Shown: positions 1 through 8,813 of the stretch, one piece after another
How positions within the stretch are numbered: position 1 is the stretch's first letter
Layout of the letters: each line of letters starts with the position of its first letter
From: an uncultured delta proteobacterium
Lineage (GTDB): Bacteria; Desulfobacterota; Binatia; UBA9968
Reading direction: 5' to 3'
DNA length: 64,000 nucleotides
Assembly: GCA_963840855.1 (NCBI GenBank)
Contig: CAWJBB010000046.1
Coordinates: 1-64,000, forward strand
Notes under the pieces: model-generated
Told to the model about the DNA's origin: nothing
Database searches by the model: none
Seen by the model: only the letters and a program-made list of their open reading frames with translations
Translations under genes and position numbers: made by a program

Positions 1-883
1 CGCGCCGCTCGGGATAGTGCGGGATCATGAATTGCAGCCCGATGTGCACGACGCCGATTTCCATGAACTGCTGGAGTCTTTCAGCAACCTGTTCGACGCT
101 ACCCTTTAGATAGTCGGTTATCTGCGGTCCAGCGGTGGGAGTCAGCTCAACCGGAAGACAGCAGGCAAGTTCAACTTCGTCGGGGTTGCGGCCAGCTTTC
201 TTCGCCTCAGCGCGAACGTTGTCGAATCCAGCGGCTAAATCCTTGGGCGTGATTCGCACGAAGTAGGGGAACCAGGCGTCGCCGAAAATGCCGGCTCGCT
301 TCTGCGCGTATTTACCTTCGCCACCGACCCAGATGGGAATGCGCGGTTTTTGAAACGGCTTCGGATTGAAGGCGATGTCGTCGACGTTGTAATAGTTGCC
401 GTGAAAGGTGATGTGCTCGTCGGTCCAAAGGCGTTCAAGAAGAGTCAGCTGTTCGTCGGAGATCTTGCCGCGCTCTTTGAACGGGACATTCATGGCGGCG
501 AACTCTTCTTCCATCCAGCCGACGCCGACGCCCAAGATCAGTCGCCCGCTGGAGAGCTGGTCGGTGGTTGTGGCAATCCTGGCCCAGTGCAAAGGATGGC
601 GATAGGGCATAACCATGACACTCATGCCGAGCGCGATTTTTTCAGTGCAACCGGCGAGGAAAGCCAAACAAGTCATGGTATCGAAAAATGGCCGATCGGG
701 CGGCACGATGAAAGTCGCTTCCTTGCTATAGGGATAAACCGTGTCGATCTTCCACGGGTGCACCAAACGGTCGGCGGCCCATACGGAATCGTAGCCCAGC
801 GCTTCGGCCTGTTGGGCTGCCTCCATCAGCGTCCTTCTACTGGCGGCGCGGCCGGACACGGGAAGAAACACACCAAACTTCAT
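1..883 (-). CDS. LLM-class (probable F420-dependent) oxidoreductase, 3' end runs off the window
   Basis: Manual translation from ATG at 883: MKFGVFLPVSGRAASRRTLMEAAQQAEALGYDSVWAADR...GRLILGVGVGWMEEEF; absent from the ORF track because no stop lies inside the window. Confidence 0.85.
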   Translation of the reverse strand, partial: MKFGVFLPVSGRAASRRTLMEAAQQAEALGYDSVWAADRLVHPWKIDTVYPYSKEATFIVPPDRPFFDTMTCLAFLAGCTEKIALGMSVMVMPYRHPLHWARIATTTDQLSSGRLILGVGVGWMEEEFAAMNVPFKERGKISDEQLTLLERLWTDEHITFHGNYYNVDDIAFNPKPFQKPRIPIWVGGEGKYAQKRAGIFGDAWFPYFVRITPKDLAAGFDNVRAEAKKAGRNPDEVELACCLPVELTPTAGPQITDYLKGSVEQVAERLQQFMEIGVVHIGLQFMIPHYPERR

Positions 884-1000
884 TGGGAGCCTCCGAAACA
901 CCGTTGAAACGTAAAACGCAACTTTGATTTCGCATAGCATAAAGAAAGTTAAATCGCTATTTAACACGAGCGCCCTTTGGCGACCGATTACTTGCATGGT

Positions 1001-1030
1001 TTGACAGTTTCCGGGGCTGATTTGTATAAG
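1001..1030 (+). promoter_or_regulatory. sigma-70-type promoter of the grdE/grdB-like pair
   Basis: TTGACA (1001-1006), 18-nt spacer, TATAAG (1025-1030); ATG follows at 1039. Confidence 0.55.
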
Positions 1031-1038
1031 CTTTAACT

Positions 1039-2343
1039 ATGCGTTTGGAGCTGGCGGATTTTCCGGTTACTGAGTTGCGACTTGGGCGGGCGTTTTGCTA
1101 TCGCGCAGGCATTCTTGATATTGACGATGACGCACTGGCGGAACTGGTGCGCCGGGACCCTCGCATCGACGACGTTGGCTTCGCCATCGTCCAGCCGGGT
1201 GATCGAGTTCGGGTGACCGGTATCCGCGACATCGTCGAACCGAGAGTCAAGGTTTCCGGGCTGGGCCAAGTTTTCCCTGGCACTTTGAGCGCCGTCGAGC
1301 CAGTGGGCGGGGGTAGAACTCATCGTCTCTCCGGCATGGCCGTCGTGGCCACCGCGGCTTTCGAAGGATCGGCCCGCGCCGGTTTGGCGGTACAGCGCAG
1401 CGCGATCCTGGACATGTGGGGTTCGGGGGCCGAGTCGTCGCGTTTCAGCAAGTTGGCCGATTTGGTTTTGGTTATAAAATTGAAAGCCGGCTTGTCGGAT
1501 TGGGACGCCCATTGCGCGATCCAGTCGGCGGAATTTAGTGTAGCCAAGCGACTCGCGGAGGCTACCAATGGGTTGGCACCGGTAACCCTGGAATATTTCG
1601 ACAACAGCGCGGTGGCGCCAGACTTACCGAGGATCGCGCTCATTCAAGGTTGTTTAACGAATAGTCAAGGCACTCATACGAACTTGAGCTACTACGGCAT
1701 GACCGTCAGAGAATCTCTGGCGACTTTCATTCATCCAAACGAGCTGCTCGATGGCGCGCTATGCGTGGTTGCGACCCGCGCCGTCGGCTACTTTCCGATA
1801 ACGTGGGACTGGCAGAACCATCCGCTTTCGTTGGGGCTCTATCGCGAACATGGCAGGCGGTTGAATTTTGTCGGCGTGATTCTCGAACGCATCCAGTTCG
1901 ACACCTTCCACGGCAAGGAAGTCATCGCCCACAACACTGCCACACTTGCGAAACAACTAGGCGTCGACGGCGCCATTGTGGCCTGGACCGGCTCGGGCAA
2001 TGCTTTTGTCGATGTGATGTTGACGATCCAGGCCTGTGAAAAGCAGGGTATCCGCACGACCCTCGTGAGCTATGAGTTTGGCGGCAAAGACGGTGTCGAT
2101 TCACCGCTGCTTTACTTTGTGCCGGAAGCCGACGCTGCCGTGAGCACGGGCAGCCGCGACCGCTGGCTCGAGCTACCGGTGCCGGATCGCGTGGTCGGCC
2201 CCTATGATCAATTTTCGATTTTGAGCTATCCTGGCGCGCCCCTGGCTGACGCCAAGGGGAGGTTGACCCTGGATGCGCGCGACATGGTCATCGGCGGCGT
2301 CGATAACTGGGGCGGAGAGTCCTGGACGTGCGCGGAGTATTAA
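1039..2343 (+). CDS. glycine/sarcosine/betaine reductase component B proprotein-like subunit (GrdE/PrdA family)
   Basis: N-terminal MRLELADFPV, VRVTGIRDIVEPRVKV, IHPNELLDGA, QNHP, LGVDGAIV and EADAAVSTG motifs; adjacent to a GrdB-like gene. Confidence 0.8.
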   Translation: MRLELADFPVTELRLGRAFCYRAGILDIDDDALAELVRRDPRIDDVGFAIVQPGDRVRVTGIRDIVEPRVKVSGLGQVFPGTLSAVEPVGGGRTHRLSGMAVVATAAFEGSARAGLAVQRSAILDMWGSGAESSRFSKLADLVLVIKLKAGLSDWDAHCAIQSAEFSVAKRLAEATNGLAPVTLEYFDNSAVAPDLPRIALIQGCLTNSQGTHTNLSYYGMTVRESLATFIHPNELLDGALCVVATRAVGYFPITWDWQNHPLSLGLYREHGRRLNFVGVILERIQFDTFHGKEVIAHNTATLAKQLGVDGAIVAWTGSGNAFVDVMLTIQACEKQGIRTTLVSYEFGGKDGVDSPLLYFVPEADAAVSTGSRDRWLELPVPDRVVGPYDQFSILSYPGAPLADAKGRLTLDARDMVIGGVDNWGGESWTCAEY

Positions 2344-2430
2344 AGACGGCTTGAGTCTCGCGTGTAGAGTCTCGGATTAACTCGAGCTCCGAGACCGAAA
2401 CAGGGACCGTTGCTAAAGGAGTGACTGGCG

Positions 2431-3762
2431 ATGCTTAAAGTTATCCATGTTGTCAATCAGTTCTTTGCCGGCATCGGTGGAGAAGAACAGGCGGGGATTC
2501 CCGTGGCGGTGGGCGACGGCGCGGTGGGAGCGGCGCGGGGACTGCAGATTCAACTGGGCGGCGAAGCGCAGATCGTGTGCACGGTTTATTTTGGCGACAA
2601 TTATTTTCACGAGCGCAATGACGAGGCTATGAAAGCGGTGCTCGACGCCGTCCGCTCCAGCCATCCGCAGGTCTTGATCGCCGGCCCGGCGTTTAGCGCT
2701 GGGCGCTACGGCGTGAGCTGTATGGAGATCTGTCACGCGGTCGCAAGCGAGCTGGAGATTCCCAGCGTCACCGCTATGCACGAAGAAAATCCCGCCATCG
2801 GCGTTTACCGCGATCGCGCCAATTTAAATGTGTTTTGTCTGCCCACCGCGGAGACCGCCGCGGGAATGGCGGCTGCCTTGAAAGCGTTGGCGAAGTTCGC
2901 GCGCAGGCTTGCCGCGGGCGAGACTATCGGTCCAGCGAAGGAAGAGGGTTATATCCCGCGCGGCATTCGCCGCTTGGTAAAGACCGAACGGCCGGGTTAC
3001 CAGCGCGCCATCGACATGCTGCTCAAGAAGATCGCCAATGAACCGTTTGAGACGGAGATTCCCATGGAGACCTGGGATGACATTGCTCCGGCGGCGCCAT
3101 TGGACGATTTGCGCAAGCGGAAGATCGCTGTAGTCACCACCAGCGGCGTCGTGCCCTGGGGAAACCCGGACCGGTTTAAAACCTTCCGCAATACTTTCTG
3201 GCGCAAATACAACATCTCGGAAGTTAAAGAATTAGAGCCGGGAAAATGGGAAGCCGTGCACGGCGGCTACAACGTCGCTTACATGAACACAAATCCTCAC
3301 TATGGGGTGCCGTTGGATGCGCTGCGCTCGTTGGAAGCAGAGGGCAAAATCGGGCCGGGTAAACTGTATCCCGCCTACTACGTGATTCCCGGCAACCAGG
3401 GTTCGCCGGCGGTTATGCGCCGCATGGGCCAGGAGATCGCCGCCGATCTGAAGCAGGACGGTGTTGAGGGGGTGCTGTTCGTCGCCACCTGAGGGACATG
3501 CAGTCGCAGCGGCGCTGTGATGAGCAAAGAACTTGAGAAGGCAGGCCTCCCGGTGGCATTGGTGAGCGCGATGTTTCCAGTGGCACAGCAGGTGCGCGCC
3601 ACACGTATCGTCAAAGGCGTAAGCATACCTCACCCCTGCGGCGACCCCAGTTTGCCGCCGGAGCTGGACGCGGGTCTGCGCAAAGAAATCGTTCAGACTG
3701 CGCTGAAAGCGCTGGAAACAGACGTCAAAGAGCCGACGGTGTTTTCGCCGAACAGTGGGTAA
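2431..3762 (+). CDS. grdB: glycine/betaine/sarcosine/D-proline reductase family selenoprotein B, with UGA at 3490-3492 read as Sec
   Basis: VNQFFAGIGGEE, AGPAFSAGRYG and VHGGY motifs. ORFs 2431-3492 and 3517-3762 are in frame; readthrough gives VAT-U-GTCSRSGAVMSKELEKAGLPV...IPHPCGDP, the GrdB active-site region. Confidence 0.9.
3504..3520 (+). promoter_or_regulatory. bacterial SECIS hairpin
   Basis: TCGCAGC-GGC-GCTGTGA 17-nt stem-loop with a G-containing loop, 11 nt after the in-frame UGA. Confidence 0.7.
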
Positions 3763-3801
3763 AATTCATGCGACAATCGCCGGTTCTATTATGGTCACTG
3801 C

Positions 3802-4833
3802 TCAATCGCGCGCTTCTTCACGATATAATCCGAACGCCTTCAGGATCGGCTCATCGTGCATGGAGAAAAGAATCGCTTCTTCCGCTGACGAGGCGTTGGC
3901 GTGCTCGTGCCAGGACCACAGCGGTACGATGAAAGTATCGCCTCTCTGCCACTGGAACGGATGGCCGTTGATCATCGTCGTGCCGCCGCCGCGAAACGCA
4001 TGATAGATACTCGTGCTGGTGTGGCGATGGTCGCGGGTCTTTTCGCCGGCGCGCAGCATTTGGACTCTGCACGACATCGTCGGCAAGGTTGCGCCGCCCG
4101 TGGCCGGATTTACGAACTCAAGCGCCGCGCCGTCGAAGGGATCGCCCGACGCGCGTCCTAAACGTTGCAGCGCCGGGTAAGTTTCGCGCCAATGATAGTG
4201 GAGCAGGGGCGGTGCCTCGGACCTAAGGTTGCCGACCGGCCGGGTCATGCCGTAGAAGGTTGCCGGATCGACCCCTTCATTAACCGGCAATCGCCCTTGT
4301 TTGTAGGGATCGAAGGATATCACTTGCAGCGCCTGGACGAAGGGCACATCGAGGCCGTCGATCCACACCATGTTTTGATCCCCTTCATGAGCATGCTCAT
4401 GCCAGCACCCCTGCGGCGTGAGGATCAGATCGCCGGCTTCCATGACCATCTTCTGGCCGTCGACGTTGGTATAAGCGCCCTGGCCTTGCAGAATGAAGCG
4501 AAAGGCGCTCATCGTGTGACGATGCCCGGGCGCGACCTCGCCGGGCTGAATAAGTTGGAACGAGAGCAAGATTGTATGGCTGGTCATCTCGGTGTCGGCC
4601 ATGCCGGGATTGACCAGACGAATAACGCGCCGCTCGACGCTGCCGCTGGCAACGGAGATTTTTTCCTTGGCTTGCAGCAGGCTGTCGTAAATATCATGCC
4701 ATTTCCAAAGATGCGGCTTGACTCGCGTCTTTGGGTCCGACGGGCGCTCGGCGTGGTCCAGATTCCAAAGCCCGGAGACCCAGCGGGGGCGCAGTAGATC
4801 GTTCAGTTCTTGGATTTCTTTGGGCTGCTCCAT
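3802..4833 (-). CDS. gentisate 1,2-dioxygenase-like bicupin
   Basis: ERRVIRLVNPG, PGEVAPGHRHT, WHEH, WIDGLDVP, NPATGG and HRHTS motifs. Confidence 0.85.
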   Translation of the reverse strand: MEQPKEIQELNDLLRPRWVSGLWNLDHAERPSDPKTRVKPHLWKWHDIYDSLLQAKEKISVASGSVERRVIRLVNPGMADTEMTSHTILLSFQLIQPGEVAPGHRHTMSAFRFILQGQGAYTNVDGQKMVMEAGDLILTPQGCWHEHAHEGDQNMVWIDGLDVPFVQALQVISFDPYKQGRLPVNEGVDPATFYGMTRPVGNLRSEAPPLLHYHWRETYPALQRLGRASGDPFDGAALEFVNPATGGATLPTMSCRVQMLRAGEKTRDHRHTSTSIYHAFRGGGTTMINGHPFQWQRGDTFIVPLWSWHEHANASSAEEAILFSMHDEPILKAFGLYREEARD

Positions 4834-4849
4834 AATTTTCCTCTGAACT

Positions 4850-4971
4850 CGTTTAAATCGTTCAAGCCGTTCGAAACGTTCAAACCGTCGAGACCAGAGG
4901 TTCTCTTTGCTTTGTTCCGAACAACGATTTGAACGGCTTGAACGGAGCGAAGCAATTGGACGGTTTGAACG
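4850..4971. repeat. inverted pair of 9-nt-period tandem arrays (CGTTCAARC-like), REP-like
   Basis: cgtttaaat cgttcaagc cgttcgaaa cgttcaaac (4850-4885) and reverse-complement units atttgaacg gcttgaacg ... gtttgaacg (4927-4971). Confidence 0.7.
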
Positions 4972-4979
4972 GCGCTTCG

Positions 4980-5717
4980 CTACGCGAAGCGCCTATAGAC
5001 TCCATCGTAAAAATTGCCGATCATCTGCACGGCGATTTTACCGCAATATTCCAGCGGCCAGCCGGCACGCTCGTTGCCGTAGCCTTCTTGGAGCGCAACT
5101 TCGAGAATCGCCTGGTTGGTTCCGCCATGCTCTTCGTCGAGATCGGCTTCTTCGTGGACGCGAAAGTATTTCATGTCATCGTCGGTTACGCCGTACTTAG
5201 GCAAGCTCTGACGAAAATCGCGGGAGATAAAGCCAAAAATTTCTTCTTCCATGTGCACGGCAAAGCATTCCGCCAGCGGGATGTCGATCCACGAACGCAC
5301 GAAAAAGTCGACCAGGCCGCGGGCTTCGGGTATCAGCTCGCACTCAATCATTTCATCCGCTTTAACGCCTAACGCCTTGCCTAATATCGGCAACATGCGC
5401 GCGTGGCCGCCAATGGCTGGCGTGGTGAACTCTTCGCCGATTTTTTGCGCGATGCGGTTTTCAAGCTCCGGATGGCGTTTGAAGAAGCCGACAAACTGGT
5501 GATAGACAGTGGCCATTCCGGTATTCACTTCGAGCGCAAACGAATACCAGTTCTTGATCCAACCCTGAAGCCGGTCCCGTGACAGTGTGCCGGCGCGCAG
5601 ATCAGTGAAGAACGGCGAGGGTTTGATTTCCATTCGATAGGTGTCGAGAATGACTTTTCTGATCCCCTCGGACTTTTGTTTTGCTTCCTGCGCGGTCATT
5701 TTGATATGTTCGGCCAT
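4980..5717 (-). CDS. TenA/PqqC-like heme-oxygenase-like (HDO) iron-containing redox enzyme
   Basis: Start MAEHIKM; SPFFTDLRAGTLSRDRLQGWIKNWY, KIGEEF...GH and YFRVHEEADLDEEHG metal-ligand motifs. Confidence 0.7.
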   Translation of the reverse strand: MAEHIKMTAQEAKQKSEGIRKVILDTYRMEIKPSPFFTDLRAGTLSRDRLQGWIKNWYSFALEVNTGMATVYHQFVGFFKRHPELENRIAQKIGEEFTTPAIGGHARMLPILGKALGVKADEMIECELIPEARGLVDFFVRSWIDIPLAECFAVHMEEEIFGFISRDFRQSLPKYGVTDDDMKYFRVHEEADLDEEHGGTNQAILEVALQEGYGNERAGWPLEYCGKIAVQMIGNFYDGVYRRFA

Positions 5718-5758
5718 CGTTTGGTTCCTTCCCAACAAGTGATTGCTGATGATGCTGG

Positions 5759-5788
5759 ACGTTAGCGAAACCAGAACGGGGTTGTCAA
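5759..5788 (-). promoter_or_regulatory. candidate sigma-70 promoter for the HDO gene
   Basis: Minus strand TTGACA, 18 nt, TAACGT. Confidence 0.35.
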
Positions 5789-5809
5789 CGGGAACCGGCG
5801 AACACGAAG

Positions 5810-5970
5810 AAGAGGTTTCGCTCGCCGGGCGTGAGGCCGGCGACCTGACTGTTGGACGCATGTTGATCAATGCGTGCTGGCCGCTCACCTGGCGCGATCA
5901 GTTTCCGAATGTCTTTACCGCCGAGGAGCGTAAGCTCGTGAAGACCAAATACCGCGCCCGGTTCGAGAGG
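5810..5970 (+). pseudogene. C-terminal remnant of a UbiD-family decarboxylase
   Basis: REAGDLTVGRMLINACWPLTWRDQFPNV resembles SRAVIDATRPYEWKDTFPPV at the end of the UbiD at 37725; no N-terminal part present. Confidence 0.5.
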
Positions 5971-6299
5971 GGTGACGACGACTGTCTAGTGGAGCGGGTT
6001 ACTTGAATTAACATGGTTGTAACGGAGTGGCTGTAATGAAGCGTTGACAAAAACGAAGCCAGTAACATACAAGTTTCTGTAGATGGAACGCCATGGAGTC
6101 CAACAGCGCTCGGCGATGTCTGTGTGCAGCGCGGCGTGGTTGCGTCCTGCGAGGGATCAGAGTCCCGTCCAGCGCGCCGCTAGAGAGCGGATTGCCTGTC
6201 TTTGATCACTGCGAGAGTTGGCGCAATACTGTTCTCCACTCCACTGCCTTCAATCGTGCGGCCCGGACTGTCTGAGCAGCGTCCATCCTAGGGTGGTGT

Positions 6300-7868
6300 A
6301 TGCAGGAGAAGAAACGTCCTGGGCCGGTCGCCACGGCCTCGGTAGGCTTGCACCTGACGGATCAAAACCCGCCTCACAAACTGAATCCCGAATGTGTCGT
6401 CATTGTTTCGGACGACGAACGCAATCGTCTGCAATTCATCCGCCGTCTGATAGACAACTGCGAAATCCGCACGCAATGGGTCGAGGAATTTTCAGCAGCG
6501 GAGCAAATCGACGGCTCGGGTTGTTGTGGCATTGCTCTGGTCGCGTTAGGCGCAGGCGCGGCGCGTGGCGATCCTAGTTTGGATGTTATTCGCAGCTTGA
6601 ATCGGAAGGGATTCACGGTGATCAGTTACGGAGACGACATACCTTCTTGGTCCCTAAGCGCGCGATGCCGTGCTTTGATCGCCGGCTCTTCCTTGGTCAT
6701 CGATAGTGCCCAGGCGGAATTTGCGCAGCGACTGAGAAGTTTTCTGATCCAACACGTGCGTCTGCAAAGCGGCAGGCGGGCTGAAGAGGACAGAGTTAAG
6801 GCTACCATGAAGGAGTTAGGAGTCGTGGGCGAAAGCCCAGCCATGGTTGCCGTCTTCGGCCAAGTTATCCGGGTGAGCAGATTGAGCGATCTTCCGACGT
6901 TGATCACCGGCGAGAGCGGAACGGGAAAAGAACTCCTGGCTCGGGCGATCCATCAATTGAATCTCAAGGGGCGCAACGGTCCCTTTATCGCGGTGAATTG
7001 CGGCGCGATTAGCTCCGGTCTGGCGGAGAGCGAACTCTTCGGCCATCGTCGGGGTGCCTTTACGGGTGCGGATCGGGACCGTAAGGGTCTGATTCGGGCC
7101 GCCGAAGGTGGGGTTGTGTTTCTCGACGAAATCGGCGAGCTGGACGACACTCTACAGGTGAAGTTGTTACGAGTGTTGCAAGAGCGCCGAGTGCTCGGCG
7201 TGGGCGAAGATCAAGAGGTCCCGGTGAGCGTTCGAGTAATTGCCGCGACCAATCGAAATCTCAGCACAGCGGTGCAGCAGGGAAAATTTCGCGCCGATCT
7301 GTTTCATCGTCTGAACGTCTTATCGATCCATATCCCGTCGTTGCGCGAGAGACGCGCGGACGTTAGACCGCTGATCGAGCACTTGTTGGAGAAAAATCAG
7401 TCTTTGCATGCCGCCGGGTCTGTTTCGGCCGCTCCTGACTTTATCGAGGCGCTCACACGCATCGACCTGCCTGGCAACGTCAGACAGTTGGAGAATCTAG
7501 TGAGGCGAGCGCTGGTGAATAATGTTACGTCGACTCCCCTCAGTTTGACTGACCTGCCGGCTGAAGTCTGGCAACAGCTCGCCGGGCAAGAAGATCTTCA
7601 CGGGATTAGCTCAGAACAAAACGAAAGCGACGCTACTGGGAAGCCCACGCGCGAAGCGACGTCTCAAACTCTCTCGTCTGATCTAGTCAACCTGTTGGAC
7701 ACTCATAGGTGGAGTCTTGCGCAAACGCTGCGCTACTGCGAGAAGGTTTTGTTGGAAGCCGCGCTCCGCCGAAAACAAGGCAATCAGTCGCAAACCGCGC
7801 GGCTGCTTGGGCTTACACCCCGCAGTATCTACAGCAAGATGCGCAGGCATCATCTGAATAACGTCTAG
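6300..7868 (+). CDS. sigma-54-dependent enhancer-binding protein with degenerate N-terminal receiver-like domain
   Basis: GESGTGKE Walker [22 protein letters not shown] Walker [19 protein letters not shown] and C-terminal Fis-type HTH ([12 protein letters not shown]). Confidence 0.95.
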   Translation: MQEKKRPGPVATASVGLHLTDQNPPHKLNPECVVIVSDDERNRLQFIRRLIDNCEIRTQWVEEFSAAEQIDGSGCCGIALVALGAGAARGDPSLDVIRSLNRKGFTVISYGDDIPSWSLSARCRALIAGSSLVIDSAQAEFAQRLRSFLIQHVRLQSGRRAEEDRVKATMKELGVVGESPAMVAVFGQVIRVSRLSDLPTLITGESGTGKELLARAIHQLNLKGRNGPFIAVNCGAISSGLAESELFGHRRGAFTGADRDRKGLIRAAEGGVVFLDEIGELDDTLQVKLLRVLQERRVLGVGEDQEVPVSVRVIAATNRNLSTAVQQGKFRADLFHRLNVLSIHIPSLRERRADVRPLIEHLLEKNQSLHAAGSVSAAPDFIEALTRIDLPGNVRQLENLVRRALVNNVTSTPLSLTDLPAEVWQQLAGQEDLHGISSEQNESDATGKPTREATSQTLSSDLVNLLDTHRWSLAQTLRYCEKVLLEAALRRKQGNQSQTARLLGLTPRSIYSKMRRHHLNNV

Positions 7869-8203
7869 AACGCTGAGCATACCCATCTCCAGACCCGGAC
7901 CGGCCTAACCCGGCGTCATTTTGTAAAGGTGGGCCACTGGCACGTCGTTTTTCGAACCCTCCACAGCGTTCGCAAGCTGTTTGCGACCGAGCGCATCTCT
8001 ACGTCCAACTCGTTGCCGATTGCTCCAGGTGAAGAATCGGACGCAGGAGGAGATGCCGAGTGTGGCAATCTCTTTCCGGGTAGCGCCATCGGTTCCGGAA
8101 TGTTTCTTCCTTTTCCTCGATAGCCGATCCAGCATTCTTTCCACCGATTGTCTCAAGCTTTTGAATTCGCTTCGTTTTGCCCGGAGCAGACTGGCTTCGA
8201 TCA

Positions 8204-8218
8204 TGGCACGAGGCTTGC
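8204..8218 (+). promoter_or_regulatory. sigma-54 (-24/-12) promoter of the eCIS operon
   Basis: TGGCACGAGGCTTGC matches TGGCAC-N5-TTGC with exact GG-N10-GC spacing; lies between the bEBP and the first eCIS gene. Confidence 0.8.
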
Positions 8219-8230
8219 CGTGTGACGTCG

Positions 8231-8497
8231 ATGTCAGATGGGCAACCGATGTCTCGAGCTGCTAAACCGAGCGATAAGCAATTGAAGAATCAATGGGTGA
8301 GCTTCCGAATTCTTGACGTCTACATCCCTGACCCTCTGAAAATACTGATGGATCTGCACAGTGGTGACATCCTCCAAGGCAAAGTCATCGACTTGTCGGA
8401 CGACGGAACAGAGAAAGAAGCGTTCATGGTTGTTGAAGTAGAAGGAATCGAGCAGCCAGTCATCGTACCCGCGGGTCGTATTCTGGACTTGGTATGA
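8231..8497 (+). CDS. small hypothetical protein, first gene of the eCIS operon
   Basis: ORF immediately after the sigma-54 promoter (ATG at 8231 or 8249), protein-like beta-rich sequence. Confidence 0.55.
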   Translation: MSDGQPMSRAAKPSDKQLKNQWVSFRILDVYIPDPLKILMDLHSGDILQGKVIDLSDDGTEKEAFMVVEVEGIEQPVIVPAGRILDLV

Positions 8498-8544
8498 AGT
8501 GCCAACGCGTGCCGGCAAGGACTGTGGAAACAAAGGAGTAAGAG

Positions 8545-8793
8545 ATGACCTGCACGATTACCAACCGGTCTGGTAGACTTGTTTCGTTTCGCGGGAATGG
8601 CGGGCAGACATGGCACCTGGCGCCCTTCGATTCGATAGCAGTCATAGAGGTTGAAGTAACGAACAACCCGAAAATTCACAAACTTGAAGCGAACGGGGTG
8701 ATTGCCGTTCACCAAACGGAACAACTAGAGTCGGTTCGCCCAGAGTCTCAGCGAACCCGAACCACGCGATCAAGACAGGACAAGAAACGCTAA
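8545..8793 (+). CDS. small eCIS-associated hypothetical protein
   Basis: AAGGAG RBS; directly upstream of the sheath gene. Confidence 0.65.
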   Translation: MTCTITNRSGRLVSFRGNGGQTWHLAPFDSIAVIEVEVTNNPKIHKLEANGVIAVHQTEQLESVRPESQRTRTTRSRQDKKR

Positions 8794-8813
8794 CGGAGGA
8801 AAAGGAGCACGCT

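Noticed and set aside
350-907. 185-aa plus-strand ORF
   Set aside because: Antisense shadow of the minus-strand LLM oxidoreductase.
3490-3492. TGA as a true stop or nonsense mutation splitting grdB
   Set aside because: It sits at the conserved Sec position, is followed by a SECIS-like hairpin, and homology continues in frame.
7938-7952. Second sigma-54-like site TGGCACGTCGTTTTT
   Set aside because: The -24 box is good but the -12 GC is missing; the 8204 site is a full match.
7905-8265. Short ORFs on both strands between the bEBP and the eCIS
   Set aside because: No recognisable motifs, and they overlap the sigma-54 promoter and likely activator-binding region.
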